From Eledone cirrhosa (lineage: Eukaryota): DNA of 64,000 bases. The DNA lies in contig OZ024740.1 of NCBI GenBank assembly GCA_964016885.1, positions 10,602,001-10,666,000 of the forward strand, given 5' to 3'. This document shows positions 32,101 through 50,100 of the stretch, in pieces (within the stretch, counting starts at the first letter, position 1; each line of letters opens with the position of its first letter). The notes below the pieces were generated by a model. The model was not told where the DNA came from, did no database searches, and was given only the letters and a program-made list of their open reading frames with translations. Position numbers and translations under genes: made by a program.

Positions 32101-35100
32101 GCAACACAGGATACTTATAGTTAGATAGAAAAACAACACACTTATTGTTAGATAGCCACACAACATACTTATAGTTAGATAGCAACACAACATATTTATA
32201 GTTAGATAGCAACACAGCCTACTTATAGTTAGATAGCAAAACAACATATTTATAGTTAGATAGCAACACAGCCTACTTATAGTTAGATAGCAACACAACA
32301 TGTATAGTTAGATAGCAATACAGCCTACTTATCGTTAAATAGCAACACAGCCTACTTATAGTTAGATAGCAACACAGCCTACTTGTAGTTAGATACCAAC
32401 ACAGCCTACTTATAGTTAGATAGCAACACAATATATTTATAGTTAGATAGCAACACAACATACTTATAGTTATATAGCAACACAGGATACTTATAGTTAG
32501 ATAGAATAACAACACACTTATAGCTAGATAGCCACACAACATATTTATAGTTAGATAGCAACACAACATATTTATAGTTAGATAGCAACACAGCCTACTT
32601 ATAGTTAGATAGCAACACAGCCTACTTATAGTTAGATAGCAACACAATATATTTATAGTTAGATAGCAACACAACATACTTATAGTTATATAGCAACACA
32701 GGATACTTATAGTTAGATAGAATAACAACACACTTATAGTTAGATAGCCACACAACATATTTATAGTTAGATAGCAACACAACATATTTATAGTTAGATA
32801 GCAACACAGCCTACTTATAGTTAGATAGTAACACAGCCTACTTATAGTTAGATAGCAACACAATATGGTTATAGTTAGATAGCAACACAGCCTATTTATA
32901 GTTAGATAGCAACACAACATATTTATAGTTAGATAGCAACACAACATATTTATCGTTAGATAGCAACACAACATACATATAGTTAGATAGCAACACAACA
33001 TACATATAGTTAGATAGCAACACAACATATTTATTGTTAGATAGCAAAACAACATATTTATAGTTAGATAGCAACACAGCCTACTTATAGTTAGATAGCA
33101 ACACAACATGTATAGTTAGATAGCAATACAGCCTACTTATCGTTAAATAGCAACACAGCCTACTTATAGTTAGATAGCAACACAGCCTACTTGTAGTTAG
33201 ATAGCAACACAGCCTACTTATAGTTAGATAGCAACACAACATATTTATAGTTAGATAGCAACACAGCCTACTTATAGTTAGATAGCAACAGAACATATTT
33301 ATAGTTAGATAGCAACACAGCCTACTTATAGTTAGATAGCAACAGAGCCTACTTATAGTTAGATAGCAACACAACATATTTATAGTTAGATAGCAACACA
33401 GCCTACTTATAGTTAGATAGCAACACAACATATTTATAGTTAGATAGCAACACAACATATTTATAGTTAGATAGCAACACAACATATTTATAGTTAGATA
33501 GCAAAACATCCTATTTATAGTTAAATAGCAACACAGCATACTTATAGTTAGATAGAAAAACAACATATTTATAGTTAGATAGCAACACAACATACATATA
33601 GTTAGATAGCAACACACCATACATATAGTTAGATAGCAACACAACATATCTATAGTTAGATAGCAACACAGCCTACTTATAGTTAGATAGCAACACAACA
33701 TATTTATAGTTGGATAGCAACACAACATTTATAGTTAGATAGCAACACAGCATATTTATAGTTATATAGCAAAACAACATATTTATAGTTAGATAGCAAC
33801 ACAGCCTACTTATAGTTAGATAGCAACACAACATTTATAGTTAGATAGCAACACAGCCTACTTATAGTTAGATAGCCACACAACATACTTATAGTTAGAT
33901 AGCAACACAACATACATATAGTTAGATAGCAAAACAACATATTTATAGTTAGATAGCAACACAACATATTTATAGTTAGATAGCAACACAACATATTTAT
34001 AGTTAGATAGCAACACAACATATTTATAGTTAGATAGCAACACATCCTATTTATAGTTAGATAGCAACACAGCATACTTATAGTTAGATAGAAAAACAAC
34101 ATATTTATAGTTAGATAGCAACACAACATACATATAGTTAGATAGCAACACAACATACATATAGTTAGATGGCAACACAACATACATATAGTTAGATAGC
34201 AACACAACATATCTATAGTTAGATAGCAACACAGCCTACTTATAGTTAGATAGCAACACAACATATTTATAGTTAGATAGCAACACAACATTTATAGTTA
34301 GATAGCAACACAGCATATTTATAGTTATATAGCAAAACAACATATTTATAGTTAGATAGCAACACAACATATTTATAGTTAGATAGCAACACAGCCTACT
34401 TATAGTTAGATAGCAACACAATATTTATAGTTAGATAGCAACACAACATATATATAGTTAGATAGCAACACTGCATACTTATAGTTAGATAGAAAAACAA
34501 CATATTTATAGTATTTATAGTTAGATAGCAACACAGCCTACTTATAGTTAGATAGCAACACAACATATTTATAGTTAGATAGCAACACAACATATTTATA
34601 GTTAGATAGCAACACAACATATTTATAGTTAGATAACAACACAACCTACTTATAGTTAGATAGCAACACAACATATTTATAGTTAGATAGTAACACAACA
34701 TATTTATAGTTAGATAGCAACACAGCCTACTTATAGTTAGATAGCAACACAACATATTTATAGTTAGATAGCAACACAACATGTTTATAGTTAGATAGCA
34801 ACACAGCCTACTTATAGTTAGATAGCAATACAGCCTATTTATAGTTAGATAGCAACACAACATATTTATAGTTAGATAGCAACACAACATATTTATCGTT
34901 AGATAGCAACACAACATACATATAGTTAGATAGCAACACAACATATTTATAGTTAGATAGCAACACAACATACATATAGTTAGATAGCAACACAACATAT
35001 TTATTGTTAGATAGCAACACAACATACATATAGTTAAATAGCAACACAACATACATATAGTTACATATCAAAACAACATATTTATAGTTAGATAGCAACA

Positions 35101-38100
35101 CAGCCTACTTATAGTTAGATAGCAACACAACATTTATAGTTAGATAGCAACACAGCCTACTTATCGTTAAATAGCAACACAGCCTACTTATAGTTAGATA
35201 GCAACACAGCCTACTTATAGTTAGATAGCAACACAGCCTACTTATAGTTAGATAGCAATACAACATATTTATAGTTAGATAGCAACACAGCCTACTTATA
35301 GTTAGATAGCAACACAACATATTTATAGTTAGATAGCAACACAGCCTACCTATAGTTAGATAGCAACAGAGCCTACTTATAGTTAGATAGCAACACAACA
35401 TATTTATAGTTAGATAGCAACACAGGCTACTTATAGTTAGATAGCAACACAACATATTTATAGTTAGATAGCAACACAACATATTTATAGTTAGATAGCA
35501 ACACAGGATACTTATAGTTAGATAGCAACACAATATATTTATAGTTAGATAGCAACACAATATATTTATAGTTAGATAGCAACACAACATACTTATAGTT
35601 AGATAGCAACACAACCTACTTATAGTTAGATAGCAACACAGGATACTTATAGTTAGATAGAAAAACAACACACTTATAGTTAGATAGCCACACAACATAC
35701 TTATAGTTAGATAGCAACAACATATTTATAGTTAGATAGCAACACAACATATTTATAGTTAGATAGCAACACATCCTATTTATAGTTAGATAGCAACACA
35801 ACATATTTATAGTTAGATAGCAACACAACATACATATAGTTAGATAGCAACACAACATATTTATAGTTAGATAGCAACACAACATATTTATAGTTAGATA
35901 GCAACACAACATATTTATAGTTAGATAGCAACACATCCTATTTATAGTTAGATAGCAACACAGCATACTTATAGTTAGATAGCAACACAACATTTATAGT
36001 TAGATAGCAACACAACATACATATAGTTAGATAGCAACATAACATACATATAGTTAGATAGCAACACAGCCTACTTATAGTTAGATAGCAACACAACATT
36101 TATAGTTAGATAGCAACACAGCCTACTTATCGGTAAATAGCAACACAGCCTACTTATAGTTAGATAGCAACACAGCCTACTTATAGTTAGATAGCAACAC
36201 AGCCTACATATAGTTAGATAGCAACACAACATATTTATAGTTAGATAGCAACACAGCCTACTTATAGTTAGATAGCAACACAACATATTTATAGTTAGAT
36301 AGCAACACAGCCTACTTATAGTTAGATAGCGACAGAGCCTACTTATAGTTAGATAGCAACACAACATATGTATAGTTAGATAGCAACACAGCCTACTTAT
36401 AGTTAGATAGCAACACAACATATTTATAGTTAGATAGCAACACAACATATTTATAGTTAGATAGCAACACAGCCTACTTATAGTTAGATAGCAACACAGG
36501 ATACTTATAGTTAGATAGCAACACAACATATTTATAGTTAGATAGCAACACAATATATTTATAGTTAGATAGCAACACAACATACTTATAGTTAGATAGC
36601 AACACAACCTACTTATAGTTAGATAGCAACACAGGATACTTATAGTTAGATAGAAAAACAACACACTTATTGTTAGATAGCCACACAACATACTTATAGT
36701 TAGATAGCAACACAACATATTTATAGTTAGATAGCAACACAACATATTTATAGTTAGATAGCAACACAACATATTTATAGTTAGATAGCAACACATCCTA
36801 TTTATAGTTAGATAGCAAGACAACATATTTATAGTTAGATAGCAACACAACATATTTATAGTTAGATAGCAACACAACATACATATAGTTAGATAGCAAC
36901 ACAACATATTTATAGTTAGATAGCAACACAACATATTTATAGTTAGATAGCAACACAACATATTTATAGTTAGATAGCAACACAGCCTACTTATCGTTAA
37001 ATAGCAACACAGCCTACTTATAGTTAGATAGCAACACAGCCTACTTATAGTTAGATAGCAACACAGCCTACATATAGTTAGATAGCAACACAACATATTT
37101 ATAGTTAGATAGCAACACAGCCTACTTATAGTTAGATAGCAACACAACATATTTATAGTTAGATAGCAACACAGCCTACTTATAGTTAGATAGCGACAGA
37201 GCCTACTTATAGTTAGATAGCAACACAACATATTTAGAGTTAGATAGCAACACAGCCTACTTATAGTTAGATAGCAACACAACATAGTTATAGTTAGATA
37301 GCAACACAACATATTTATAGTTAGATAGCAACACAGCCTACTTATAGTTAGATAGCAACACAGGATACTTATAGTTAGATAGCAACACAATATATTTATA
37401 GTTAGATAGCAACACAATATATTTATAGTTAGATAGCAACACAACATACTTATAGTTAGATAGCAACACAACCTACTTATAGTTAGATAGCAACACAGGA
37501 TACTTATAGTTAGATAGAAAAACAACACACTTATAGTTAGATAGCCACACAACATACTTATAGTTAGATAGCAACACAACATATTTATAGTTAGATAGCA
37601 ACACAACATATTTATAGTTAGATAGCAACACATCCTATTTATAGTTAGATAGCAACACAACATATTTATAGTTAGATAGCAACACAACATACATATAGTT
37701 AGATAGCAACACAACATATTTATAGTTAGATAGCAACACAACATATTTATAGTTAGATAGCAACACAACATATTTATAGTTAGATAGCAACACATCCTAT
37801 TTATAGTTAGATAGCAACACAGCATACTTATAGTTAGATAGCAACACAACATTTATAGTTAGATAGCAACACAACATACATATAGTTAGATAGCAACATA
37901 ACATACATATAGTTAGATAGCAACACAACATACATATAGTTAGATAGCAACACAACATATTTATAGTTAGATAGCAACACAGCCTACTTATAGTTAGATA
38001 GCAACACAACATTTATAGTTAGATAGCAACACAGCCTACTTATCGGTAAATAGCAACACAGCCTACTTATAGTTAGATAGCAACACAGCCTACTTATAGT

Positions 38101-41100
38101 TAGATAGCAACACAGCCTACATATAGTTAGATAGCAACACAACATATTTATAGTTAGATAGCAACACAGCCTACTTATAGTTAGATAGCAACACAACATA
38201 TTTATAGTTAGATAGCAACACAGCCTACTTATAGTTAGATAGCGACAGAGCCTACTTATAGTTAGATAGCAACACAACATATGTATAGTTAGATAGCAAC
38301 ACAGGCTACTTATAGTTAGATAGCAACACAACATATTTATAGTTAGATAGCAACACAACATATTTATAGTTAGATAGCAACACAGCCTACTTATAGTTAG
38401 ATAGCAACACAGGATACTTATAGTTAGATAGCAACACAACATATTTATAGTTAGATAGCAACACAATATATTTATAGTTAGATAGCAACACAACATACTT
38501 ATAGTTAGATAGCAACACAACCTACTTATAGTTAGATAGCAACACAGGATACTTATAGTTAGATAGAAAAACAACACACTTATTGTTAGATAGCCACACA
38601 ACATACTTATAGTTAGATAGCAACACAACATATTTATAGTTAGATAGCAACACAGCCTACTTATAGTTAGATAGCAAAACAACATATTTATAGTTAGATA
38701 GCAACACAGCCTACTTATAGTTAGATAGCAACACAACATGTATAGTTAGATAGCAATACAGCCTACTTATCGTTAAATAGCAACACAGCCTACTTATAGT
38801 TAGATAGCAACACAGCCTACTTGTAGTTAGATACCAACACAGCCTACTTATAGTTAGATAGCAACACAATATATTTATAGTTAGATAGCAACACAACATA
38901 CTTATAGTTATATAGCAACACAGGATACTTATAGTTAGATAGAATAACAACACACTTATAGCTAGATAGCCACACAACATATTTATAGTTAGATAGCAAC
39001 ACAACATATTTATAGTTAGATAGCAACACAGCCTACTTATAGTTAGATAGCAACACAGCCTACTTATAGTTAGATAGCAACACAATATATTTATAGTTAG
39101 ATAGCAACACAACATACTTATAGTTATATAGCAACACAGGATACTTATAGTTAGATAGAATAACAACACACTTATAGTTAGATAGCCACACAACATATTT
39201 ATAGTTAGATAGCAACACAACATATTTATAGTTAGATAGCAACACAGCCTACTTATAGTTAGATAGTAACACAGCCTACTTATAGTTAGATAGCAACACA
39301 ATATGGTTATAGTTAGATAGCAACACAGCCTATTTATAGTTAGATAGCAACACAACATATTTATAGTTAGATAGCAACACAACATATTTATCGTTAGATA
39401 GCAACACAACATACATATAGTTAGATAGCAACACAACATACATATAGTTAGATAGCAACACAACATATTTATTGTTAGATAGCAAAACAACATATTTATA
39501 GTTAGATAGCAACACAGCCTACTTATAGTTAGATAGCAACACAACATGTATAGTTAGATAGCAATACAGCCTACTTATCGTTAAATAGCAACACAGCCTA
39601 CTTATAGTTAGATAGCAACACAGCCTACTTGTAGTTAGATAGCAACACAGCCTACTTATAGTTAGATAGCAACACAACATATTTATAGTTAGATAGCAAC
39701 ACAGCCTACTTATAGTTAGATAGCAACAGAACATATTTATAGTTAGATAGCAACACAGCCTACTTATAGTTAGATAGCAACAGAGCCTACTTATAGTTAG
39801 ATAGCAACACAACATATTTATAGTTAGATAGCAACACAGCCTACTTATAGTTAGATAGCAACACAACATATTTATAGTTAGATAGCAACACAACATATTT
39901 ATAGTTAGATAGCAACACAACATATTTATAGTTAGATAGCAAAACATCCTATTTATAGTTAAATAGCAACACAGCATACTTATAGTTAGATAGAAAAACA
40001 ACATATTTATAGTTAGATAGCAACACAACATACATATAGTTAGATAGCAACACACCATACATATAGTTAGATAGCAACACAACATATCTATAGTTAGATA
40101 GCAACACAGCCTACTTATAGTTAGATAGCAACACAACATATTTATAGTTGGATAGCAACACAACATTTATAGTTAGATAGCAACACAGCATATTTATAGT
40201 TATATAGCAAAACAACATATTTATAGTTAGATAGCAACACAGCCTACTTATAGTTAGATAGCAACACAACATTTATAGTTAGATAGCAACACAGCCTACT
40301 TATAGTTAGATAGCCACACAACATACTTATAGTTAGATAGCAACACAACATACATATAGTTAGATAGCAAAACAACATATTTATAGTTAGATAGCAACAC
40401 AACATATTTATAGTTAGATAGCAACACAACATATTTATAGTTAGATAGCAACACAACATATTTATAGTTAGATAGCAACACATCCTATTTATAGTTAGAT
40501 AGCAACACAGCATACTTATAGTTAGATAGAAAAACAACATATTTATAGTTAGATAGCAACACAACATACATATAGTTAGATAGCAACACAACATACATAT
40601 AGTTAGATGGCAACACAACATACATATAGTTAGATAGCAACACAACATATCTATAGTTAGATAGCAACACAGCCTACTTATAGTTAGATAGCAACACAAC
40701 ATATTTATAGTTAGATAGCAACACAACATTTATAGTTAGATAGCAACACAGCATATTTATAGTTATATAGCAAAACAACATATTTATAGTTAGATAGCAA
40801 CACAACATATTTATAGTTAGATAGCAACACAGCCTACTTATAGTTAGATAGCAACACAATATTTATAGTTAGATAGCAACACAACATATATATAGTTAGA
40901 TAGCAACACTGCATACTTATAGTTAGATAGAAAAACAACATATTTATAGTATTTATAGTTAGATAGCAACACAGCCTACTTATAGTTAGATAGCAACACA
41001 ACATATTTATAGTTAGATAGCAACACAACATATTTATAGTTAGATAGCAACACAACATATTTATAGTTAGATAACAACACAACCTACTTATAGTTAGATA

Positions 41101-44100
41101 GCAACACAACATATTTATAGTTAGATAGTAACACAACATATTTATAGTTAGATAGCAACACAGCCTACTTATAGTTAGATAGCAACACAACATATTTATA
41201 GTTAGATAGCAACACAACATGTTTATAGTTAGATAGCAACACAGCCTACTTATAGTTAGATAGCAATACAGCCTATTTATAGTTAGATAGCAACACAACA
41301 TATTTATAGTTAGATAGCAACACAACATATTTATCGTTAGATAGCAACACAACATACATATAGTTAGATAGCAACACAACATATTTATAGTTAGATAGCA
41401 ACACAACATACATATAGTTAGATAGCAACACAACATATTTATTGTTAGATAGCAACACAACATACATATAGTTAAATAGCAACACAACATACATATAGTT
41501 ACATATCAAAACAACATATTTATAGTTAGATAGCAACACAGCCTACTTATAGTTAGATAGCAACACAACATTTATAGTTAGATAGCAACACAGCCTACTT
41601 ATCGTTAAATAGCAACACAGCCTACTTATAGTTAGATAGCAACACAGCCTACTTATAGTTAGATAGCAACACAGCCTACTTATAGTTAGATAGCAATACA
41701 ACATATTTATAGTTAGATAGCAACACAGCCTACTTATAGTTAGATAGCAACACAACATATTTATAGTTAGATAGCAACACAGCCTACCTATAGTTAGATA
41801 GCAACAGAGCCTACTTATAGTTAGATAGCAACACAACATATTTATAGTTAGATAGCAACACAGGCTACTTATAGTTAGATAGCAACACAACATATTTATA
41901 GTTAGATAGCAACACAACATATTTATAGTTAGATAGCAACACAGGATACTTATAGTTAGATAGCAACACAACATACTTATAGTTAGATAGCAACACAACA
42001 TATTTATAGTTAGATAGCAACACAATATATTTATAGTTAGATAGCAACACAACATACTTATAGTTAGATAGCAACACAACCTACTTATAGTTAGATAGCA
42101 ACACAGGATACTTATAGTTAGATAGAAAAACAACACACTTATAGTTAGATAGCTACACAACATACTTATAGTTAGATAGCAACACAACATATTTATAGTT
42201 AGATAGCAACACAACATATTTATAGTTAGATAGCAACACATCCTATTTATAGTTAGATAGCAACACAACATATTTATAGTTAGATAGCAACACAACATAT
42301 TTATAGTTAGATAGCAACACAACATACATATAGTTAGATAGCAACACAACATATTTATAGTTAGATAGCAACACAGGATACTTATAGTTAGATAGCAACA
42401 CAACATATTTATAGTTAGATAGCAACACAATATATTTATAGTTAGATAGCAACACAACATACTTATAGTTAGATAGCAACACAACCTACTTATAGTTAGA
42501 TAGCAACACAGGATACTTATAGTTAGATAGAAAAACAACACACTTATAGTTAGATAGCCACACAACATACTTATAGTTAGATAGCAACACAACATATTTA
42601 TAGTTAGATAGCAACACAACATATTTATAGTTAGATAGCAACACATCCTATTTATAGTTAGATAGCAACACAACATATTTATAGTTAGATAGCAACACAA
42701 CATACATATAGTTAGATAGCAACACAACATATTTATAGTTAGATAGCAACACAACATATTTATAGTTAGATAGCAACACAACATATTTATAGTTAGATAG
42801 CAACACATCCTATTTATAGTTAGATAGCAACACAGCATACTTATAGTTAGATAGCAACACAACATTTATAGTTAGATAGCAATACAACATACATATAGTT
42901 AGATAGCAACATAACATACATATAGTTAGATAGCAACACAACATACATATAGTTAGATAGCAACACAACATATTTATAGTTAGATAGCAACACAGCCTAC
43001 TTATAGTTAGATAGCAACACAACATTTATAGTTAGATAGCAACACAGCCTACTTATCGGTAAATAGCAACACAGCCTACTTATAGTTAGATAGCAACACA
43101 GCCTACTTATAGTTAGATAGCAACACAGCCTACATATAGTTAGATAGCAACACAACATATTTATAGTTAGATAGCAACACAGCCTACTTATAGTTAGATA
43201 GCAACACAACATATTTATAGTTAGATAGCAACACAGCCTACTTATAGTTAGATAGCGACAGAGCCTACTTATAGTTAGATAGCAACACAACATATGTATA
43301 GTTAGATAGCAACACAGGCTACTTATAGTTAGATAGCAACACAACATATTTATAGTTAGATAGCAACACAACATATTTATAGTTAGATAGCAACACAGCC
43401 TACTTATAGTTAGATAGCAACACAGGATACTTATAGTTAGATAGCAACACAACATATTTATAGTTAGATAGCAACACAATATATTTATAGTTAGATAGCA
43501 ACACAACATACTTATAGTTAGATAGCAACACAACCTACTTATAGTTAGATAGCAACACAGGATACTTATAGTTAGATAGAAAAACAACACACTTATTGTT
43601 AGATAGCCACACAACATACTTATAGTTAGATAGCAACACAACATATTTATAGTTAGATAGCAACACAGCCTACTTATAGTTAGATAGCAAAACAACATAT
43701 TTATAGTTAGATAGCAACACAGCCTACTTATAGTTAGATAGCAACACAACATGTATAGTTAGATAGCAATACAGCCTACTTATCGTTAAATAGCAACACA
43801 GCCTACTTATAGTTAGATAGCAACACAGCCTACTTGTAGTTAGATAGCAACACAGCCTACTTATAGTTAGATAGCAACACAATATATTTATAGTTAGATA
43901 GCAACACAACATACTTATAGTTATATAGCAACACAGGATACTTATAGTTAGATAGAATAACAACACACTTATAGTTAGATAGCCACACAACATATTTATA
44001 GTTAGATAGCAACACAACATATTTATAGTTAGATAGCAATACAGCCTACTTATAGTTAGATAGCAACACAGCCTACTTATAGTTAGATAGCAACACAATA

Positions 44101-47100
44101 TATTTATAGTTAGATAGCAACACAACATACTTATAGTTATATAGCAACACAGGATACTTATAGTTAGATAGAATAACAACACACTTATAGTTAGATAGCC
44201 ACACAACATATTTATAGTTAGATAGCAACACAACATATTTATAGTTAGATAGCAACACAGCCTACTTATAGTTAGATAGCAACACAGCCTACTTATAGTT
44301 AGATAGCAACACAATATGGTTATAGTTAGATAGCAACACAGCCTATTTATAGTTAGATAGCAACACAACATATTTATAGTTAGATAGCAACACAACATAT
44401 TTATCGTTAGATAGCAACACAACATACATATAGTTAGATAGCAACACAACATACATATAGTTAGATAGCAACACAACATATTTATTGTTAGATAGCAAAA
44501 CAACATATTTATAGTTAGATAGCAACACAGCCTACTTATAGTTAGATAGCAACACAACATGTATAGTTAGATAGCAATACAGCCTACTTATCGTTAAATA
44601 GCAACACAGCCTACTTATAGTTAGATAGCAACACAGCCTACTTGTAGTTAGATAGCAACACAGCCTACTTATAGTTAGATAGCAACACAACATATTTATA
44701 GTTAGATAGCAACACAGCCTACTTATAGTTAGATAGCAACAGAACATATTTATAGTTAGATAGCAACACAGCCTACTTATAGTTAGATAGCAACAGAGCC
44801 TACTTATAGTTAGATAGCAACACAGCCTACTTATAGTTAGATAGCAACACAACATATTTATAGTTAGATAGCAACACAACATATTTATAGTTAGATAGCA
44901 ACACAACATATTTATAGTTAGATAGCAAAACATCCTATTTATAGTTAAATAGCAACACAGCATACTTATAGTTAGATAGAAAAACAACATATTTATAGTT
45001 AGATAGCAACACAACATACATATAGTTAGATAGCAACACACCATACATATAGTTAGATAGCAACACAACATATCTATAGTTAGATAGCAACACAGCCTAC
45101 TTATAGTTAGATAGCAACACAACATATTTATAGTTGGATAGCAACACAACATTTATAGTTAGATAGCAACACAGCATATTTATAGTTATATAGCAAAACA
45201 ACATATTTATAGTTAGATAGCAACACAGCCTACTTATAGTTAGATAGCAACACAACATTTATAGTTAGATAGCAACACAGCCTACTTATAGTTAGATAGC
45301 CACACAACATACTTATAGTTAGATAGCAACACAACATACATATAGTTAGATAGCAAAACAACATATTTATAGTTAGATAGCAACACAACATATTTATAGT
45401 TAGATAGCAACACAACATATTTATAGTTAGATAGCAACACAACATATTTATAGTTAGATAGCAACACATCCTATTTATAGTTAGATAGCAACACAGCATA
45501 CTTATAGTTAGATAGAAAAACAACATATTTATAGTTAGATAGCAACACAACATACATATAGTTAGATAGCAACACAACATACATATAGTTAGATGGCAAC
45601 ACAACATACATATAGTTAGATAGCAACACAACATATCTATAGTTAGATAGCAACACAGCCTACTTATAGTTAGATAGCAACACAACATATTTATAGTTAG
45701 ATAGCAACACAACATTTATAGTTAGATAGCAACACAGCATATTTATAGTTATATAGCAAAACAACATATTTATAGTTAGATAGCAACACAACATATTTAT
45801 AGTTAGATAGCAACACAGCCTACTTATAGTTAGATAGCAACACAACATTTATAGTTAGATAGCAACACAACATATATATAGTTAGATAGCAACACTGCAT
45901 ACTTATAGTTAGATAGAAAAACAACATATTTATAGTATTTATAGTTAGATAGCAACACAGCCTACTTATAGTTAGATAGCAACACAACATATTTATAGTT
46001 AGATAGCAACACAACATATTTATAGTTAGATAGCAACACAACATATTTATAGTTAGATAACAACACAACCTACTTATAGTTAGATAGCAACACAACATAT
46101 TTATAGTTAGATAGTAACACAACATATTTATAGTTAGATAGCAACACAGCCTACTTATAGTTAGATAGCAACACAACATATTTATAGTTAGATAGCAACA
46201 CAACATGTTTATAGTTAGATAGCAACACAGCCTACTTATAGTTAGATAGCAATACAGCCTATTTATAGTTAGATAGCAACACAACATATTTATAGTTAGA
46301 TAGCAACACAACATATTTATCGTTAGATAGCAACACAACATACATATAGTTAGATAGCAACACAACATATTTATAGTTAGATAGCAACACAACATACATA
46401 TAGTTAGATAGCAACACAACATATTTATTGTTAGATAGCAACACAACATACATATAGTTAAATAGCAACACAACATACATATAGTTACATATCAAAACAA
46501 CATATTTATAGTTAGATAGCAACACAGCCTACTTATAGTTAGATAGCAACACAACATTTATAGTTAGATAGCAACACAGCCTACTTATCGTTAAATAGCA
46601 ACACAGCCTACTTATAGTTAGATAGCAACACAGCCTACTTATAGTTAGATAGCAACACAGCCTACTTATAGTTAGATAGCAATACAACATATTTATAGTT
46701 AGATAGCAACACAGCCTACTTATAGTTAGATAGCAACACAACATATTTATAGTTAGATAGCAACACAGCCTACCTATAGTTAGATAGCAACAGAGCCTAC
46801 TTATAGTTAGATAGCAACACAAAATATTTATAGTTAGATAGCAACACAGGCTACTTATAGTTAGATAGCAACACAACATATTTATAGTTAGATAGCAACA
46901 CAGGATACTTATAGTTAGATAGCAACACAACATACTTATAGTTAGATAGCAACACAACATATTTATAGTTAGATAGCAACACAATATATTTATAGTTAGA
47001 TAGCAACACAACATACTTATAGTTAGATAGCAACACAACCTACTTATAGTTAGATAGCAACACAGGATACTTATAGTTAGATAGAAAAACAACACACTTA

Positions 47101-50100
47101 TAGTTAGATAGCTACACAACATACTTATAGTTAGATAGCAACACAACATATTTATAGTTAGATAGCAACACAACATATTTATAGTTAGATAGCAACACAT
47201 CCTATTTATAGTTAGATAGCAACACAACATATTTATAGTTAGATAGCAACACAACATATTTATAGTTAGATAGCAACACAACATACATATAGTTAGATAG
47301 CAACACAACATATTTATAGTTAGATAGCAACACAGGATACTTATAGTTAGATAGCAACACAACATATTTATAGTTAGATAGCAACACAATATATTTATAG
47401 TTAGATAGCAACACAACATACTTATAGTTAGATAGCAACACAACCTACTTATAGTTAGATAGCAACACAGCATACTTATAGTTAGATAGAAAAACAATAC
47501 ACTTATAGTTAGATAGCCACACAACATACTTATAGTTAGATAGCAACACAACATATTAATAGTTAGATAGCAACACAACATATTTATAGTTAGATAGCAA
47601 CACAACATACTTATAGTTAGATAGCAACACAACCTACTTATAGTTAGATAGCAACACAGGATACTTATAGTTAGATAGAAAAACAACACACTTATAGTTA
47701 GATAGCCACACAACATACTTATAGTTAGATAGCAACACAACATATTTATAGTTAGATAGCAACACAACATATTTATAGTTAGATAGCAACACAACATATT
47801 TATAGTTAGATAGCAACACATCATATTTATAGTTAGATAGCAACACAACATATTTATAGTTAGATAGCAACACAACATATTTATAGTTAGATAGCAACAC
47901 AACATACATATAGTTAGATAGCAACACAACATATTTATAGTTAGATAGCAACACAACATATTTATAGTTAGATAGCAAAACAACATATTTATAGTTAGAT
48001 AGCAACACATCCTATTTATAGTTAGATAGCAACACAGCATACTTATAATTAGATAGAAAAACAACATATTTATAGTTAGATAGCAACACAACATACATAT
48101 AGTTAGATAGCAACACAACATACATATAGTTAGATAGCAACACAACATAGTTATAGTTAGATAGCAACACAACATATTTATAGTTAGATAACAACACAAC
48201 CTACTTATAGTTAGATAGCAACACAACATATTTATAGTTAGATAGCAACACAATATATTTATAGTTAGATAGCAACACAGCCTACTTATAGTTAGATAGC
48301 AACACAGCCTACTTATAGTTAGATAGCAACACAACATATTTATAGTTAGATAGCAACACAGCCTACTTATAGTTAGATAACAACAGAGCCTACTTATAGT
48401 TAGATAGCAACACAACATATTTATAGTTAGATAGCAACACAGCCTACTTATAGTTAGATAGCAACACAACATATTTATAGATAGATAGCAACACAATATA
48501 TTTATAGTTAGATAGTAACACAATATATTTATAGTTAGATAGCAACACAGCCTACTTATAGTTAGATAGCGACAGAGCCTACTTATAGTTAGATAGCAAC
48601 ACAACATATTTATAGTTAGATATCAACACAGCCTACTTATAGTTAGATAGCAACACAACATATTTATAGTTAGATAGCAACACAGCCTACTTATAGTTAG
48701 ATAGCACAGAGCCTACTTATAGTTAGATAGCAACACGACATATTTATAGTTAGATAGCAACACAGCCTACTTATAGTTAGATAGCAACACAACATATTTA
48801 TAGTTAAATAGCAACACAACATATTTATAGTTAGATAGCAACACAGCCTACTTATAGTTAGATAGCAACACAGGATACTTATAGTTAGATAGCAACACAA
48901 TATATTTATAGTTAGATAGCAACACAATATATTTATAGTTAGATAGCAACACAACATACTTATAGTTAGATAGCAACACAACCTACTTATAGTTAGATAG
49001 CAACACAGGATACTTATAGTTAGATAGAAAAACAACACACTTATAGTTAGATAGCCACACAACATACTTATAGTTAGATAGCAACACAACATATTTATAG
49101 TTAGATAGCAACACAACATATTTATAGTTAGATAGCAACACATCCTATTTATAGTTAGATAGCAACACAACATATTTATAATTAGATAGCAACACAACAT
49201 TTTTATAGTTAGATAGCAACACAACATACATATAGTTAGATAGCAACACAACATATTTATAGTTAGATAGCAACACAACATATTTATAGTTAGATAGCAA
49301 CACAACATATTTATAGTTAGATAGCAACACATCCTATTTATAGTTAGATAGCAACACAGCATACTTATAGTTAGATAGAAAAACAACATATTTATAGTTA
49401 GATAGCAACACAACATACATATAGTTAGATAGCAACATAACATACATATAGTTAGATAGCAACACAACATACATATAGTTAGATAGCAACACAACATATT
49501 TATTGTTAGATAGCAACACAGCCTACTTATAGTTAGATAGCAACACAGCCTACTTATAGTTAGATAGCAACACAGCCTACATATAGTTAGATAGCAACAC
49601 AACATATTTATAGTTAGATAGCAACACAGCCTACTTATAGTTAGATAGAAAAACAACATATTTATAGTTAGATAGCAACACAACATACATATAGTTAGAT
49701 AGCAACATAACATACATATAGTTAGATAGCAACACAACATACATATAGTTAGATAGCAACACAACATATTTATTGTTAGATAGCAACACAGCCTACTTAT
49801 AGTTAGATAGCAACACAGCCTACTTATAGTTAGATAGCAACACAGCCTACATATAGTTAGATAGCAACACAACATATTTATAGTTAGATAGCAACACAGC
49901 CTACTTATAGTTAGATAGCGACAGAACCTACTTATAGTTAGATAGCAACACAACATATGTATAGTGAGATAGCAACACAGCCTACTTATAGTTAGATAGC
50001 AACACAACATATTTATAGTTAGATAGCAACACAACATATTTATAGTTAGATAGCAACACAGCCTACTTATAGTTAGATAGCAACACAGGATACTTATAGT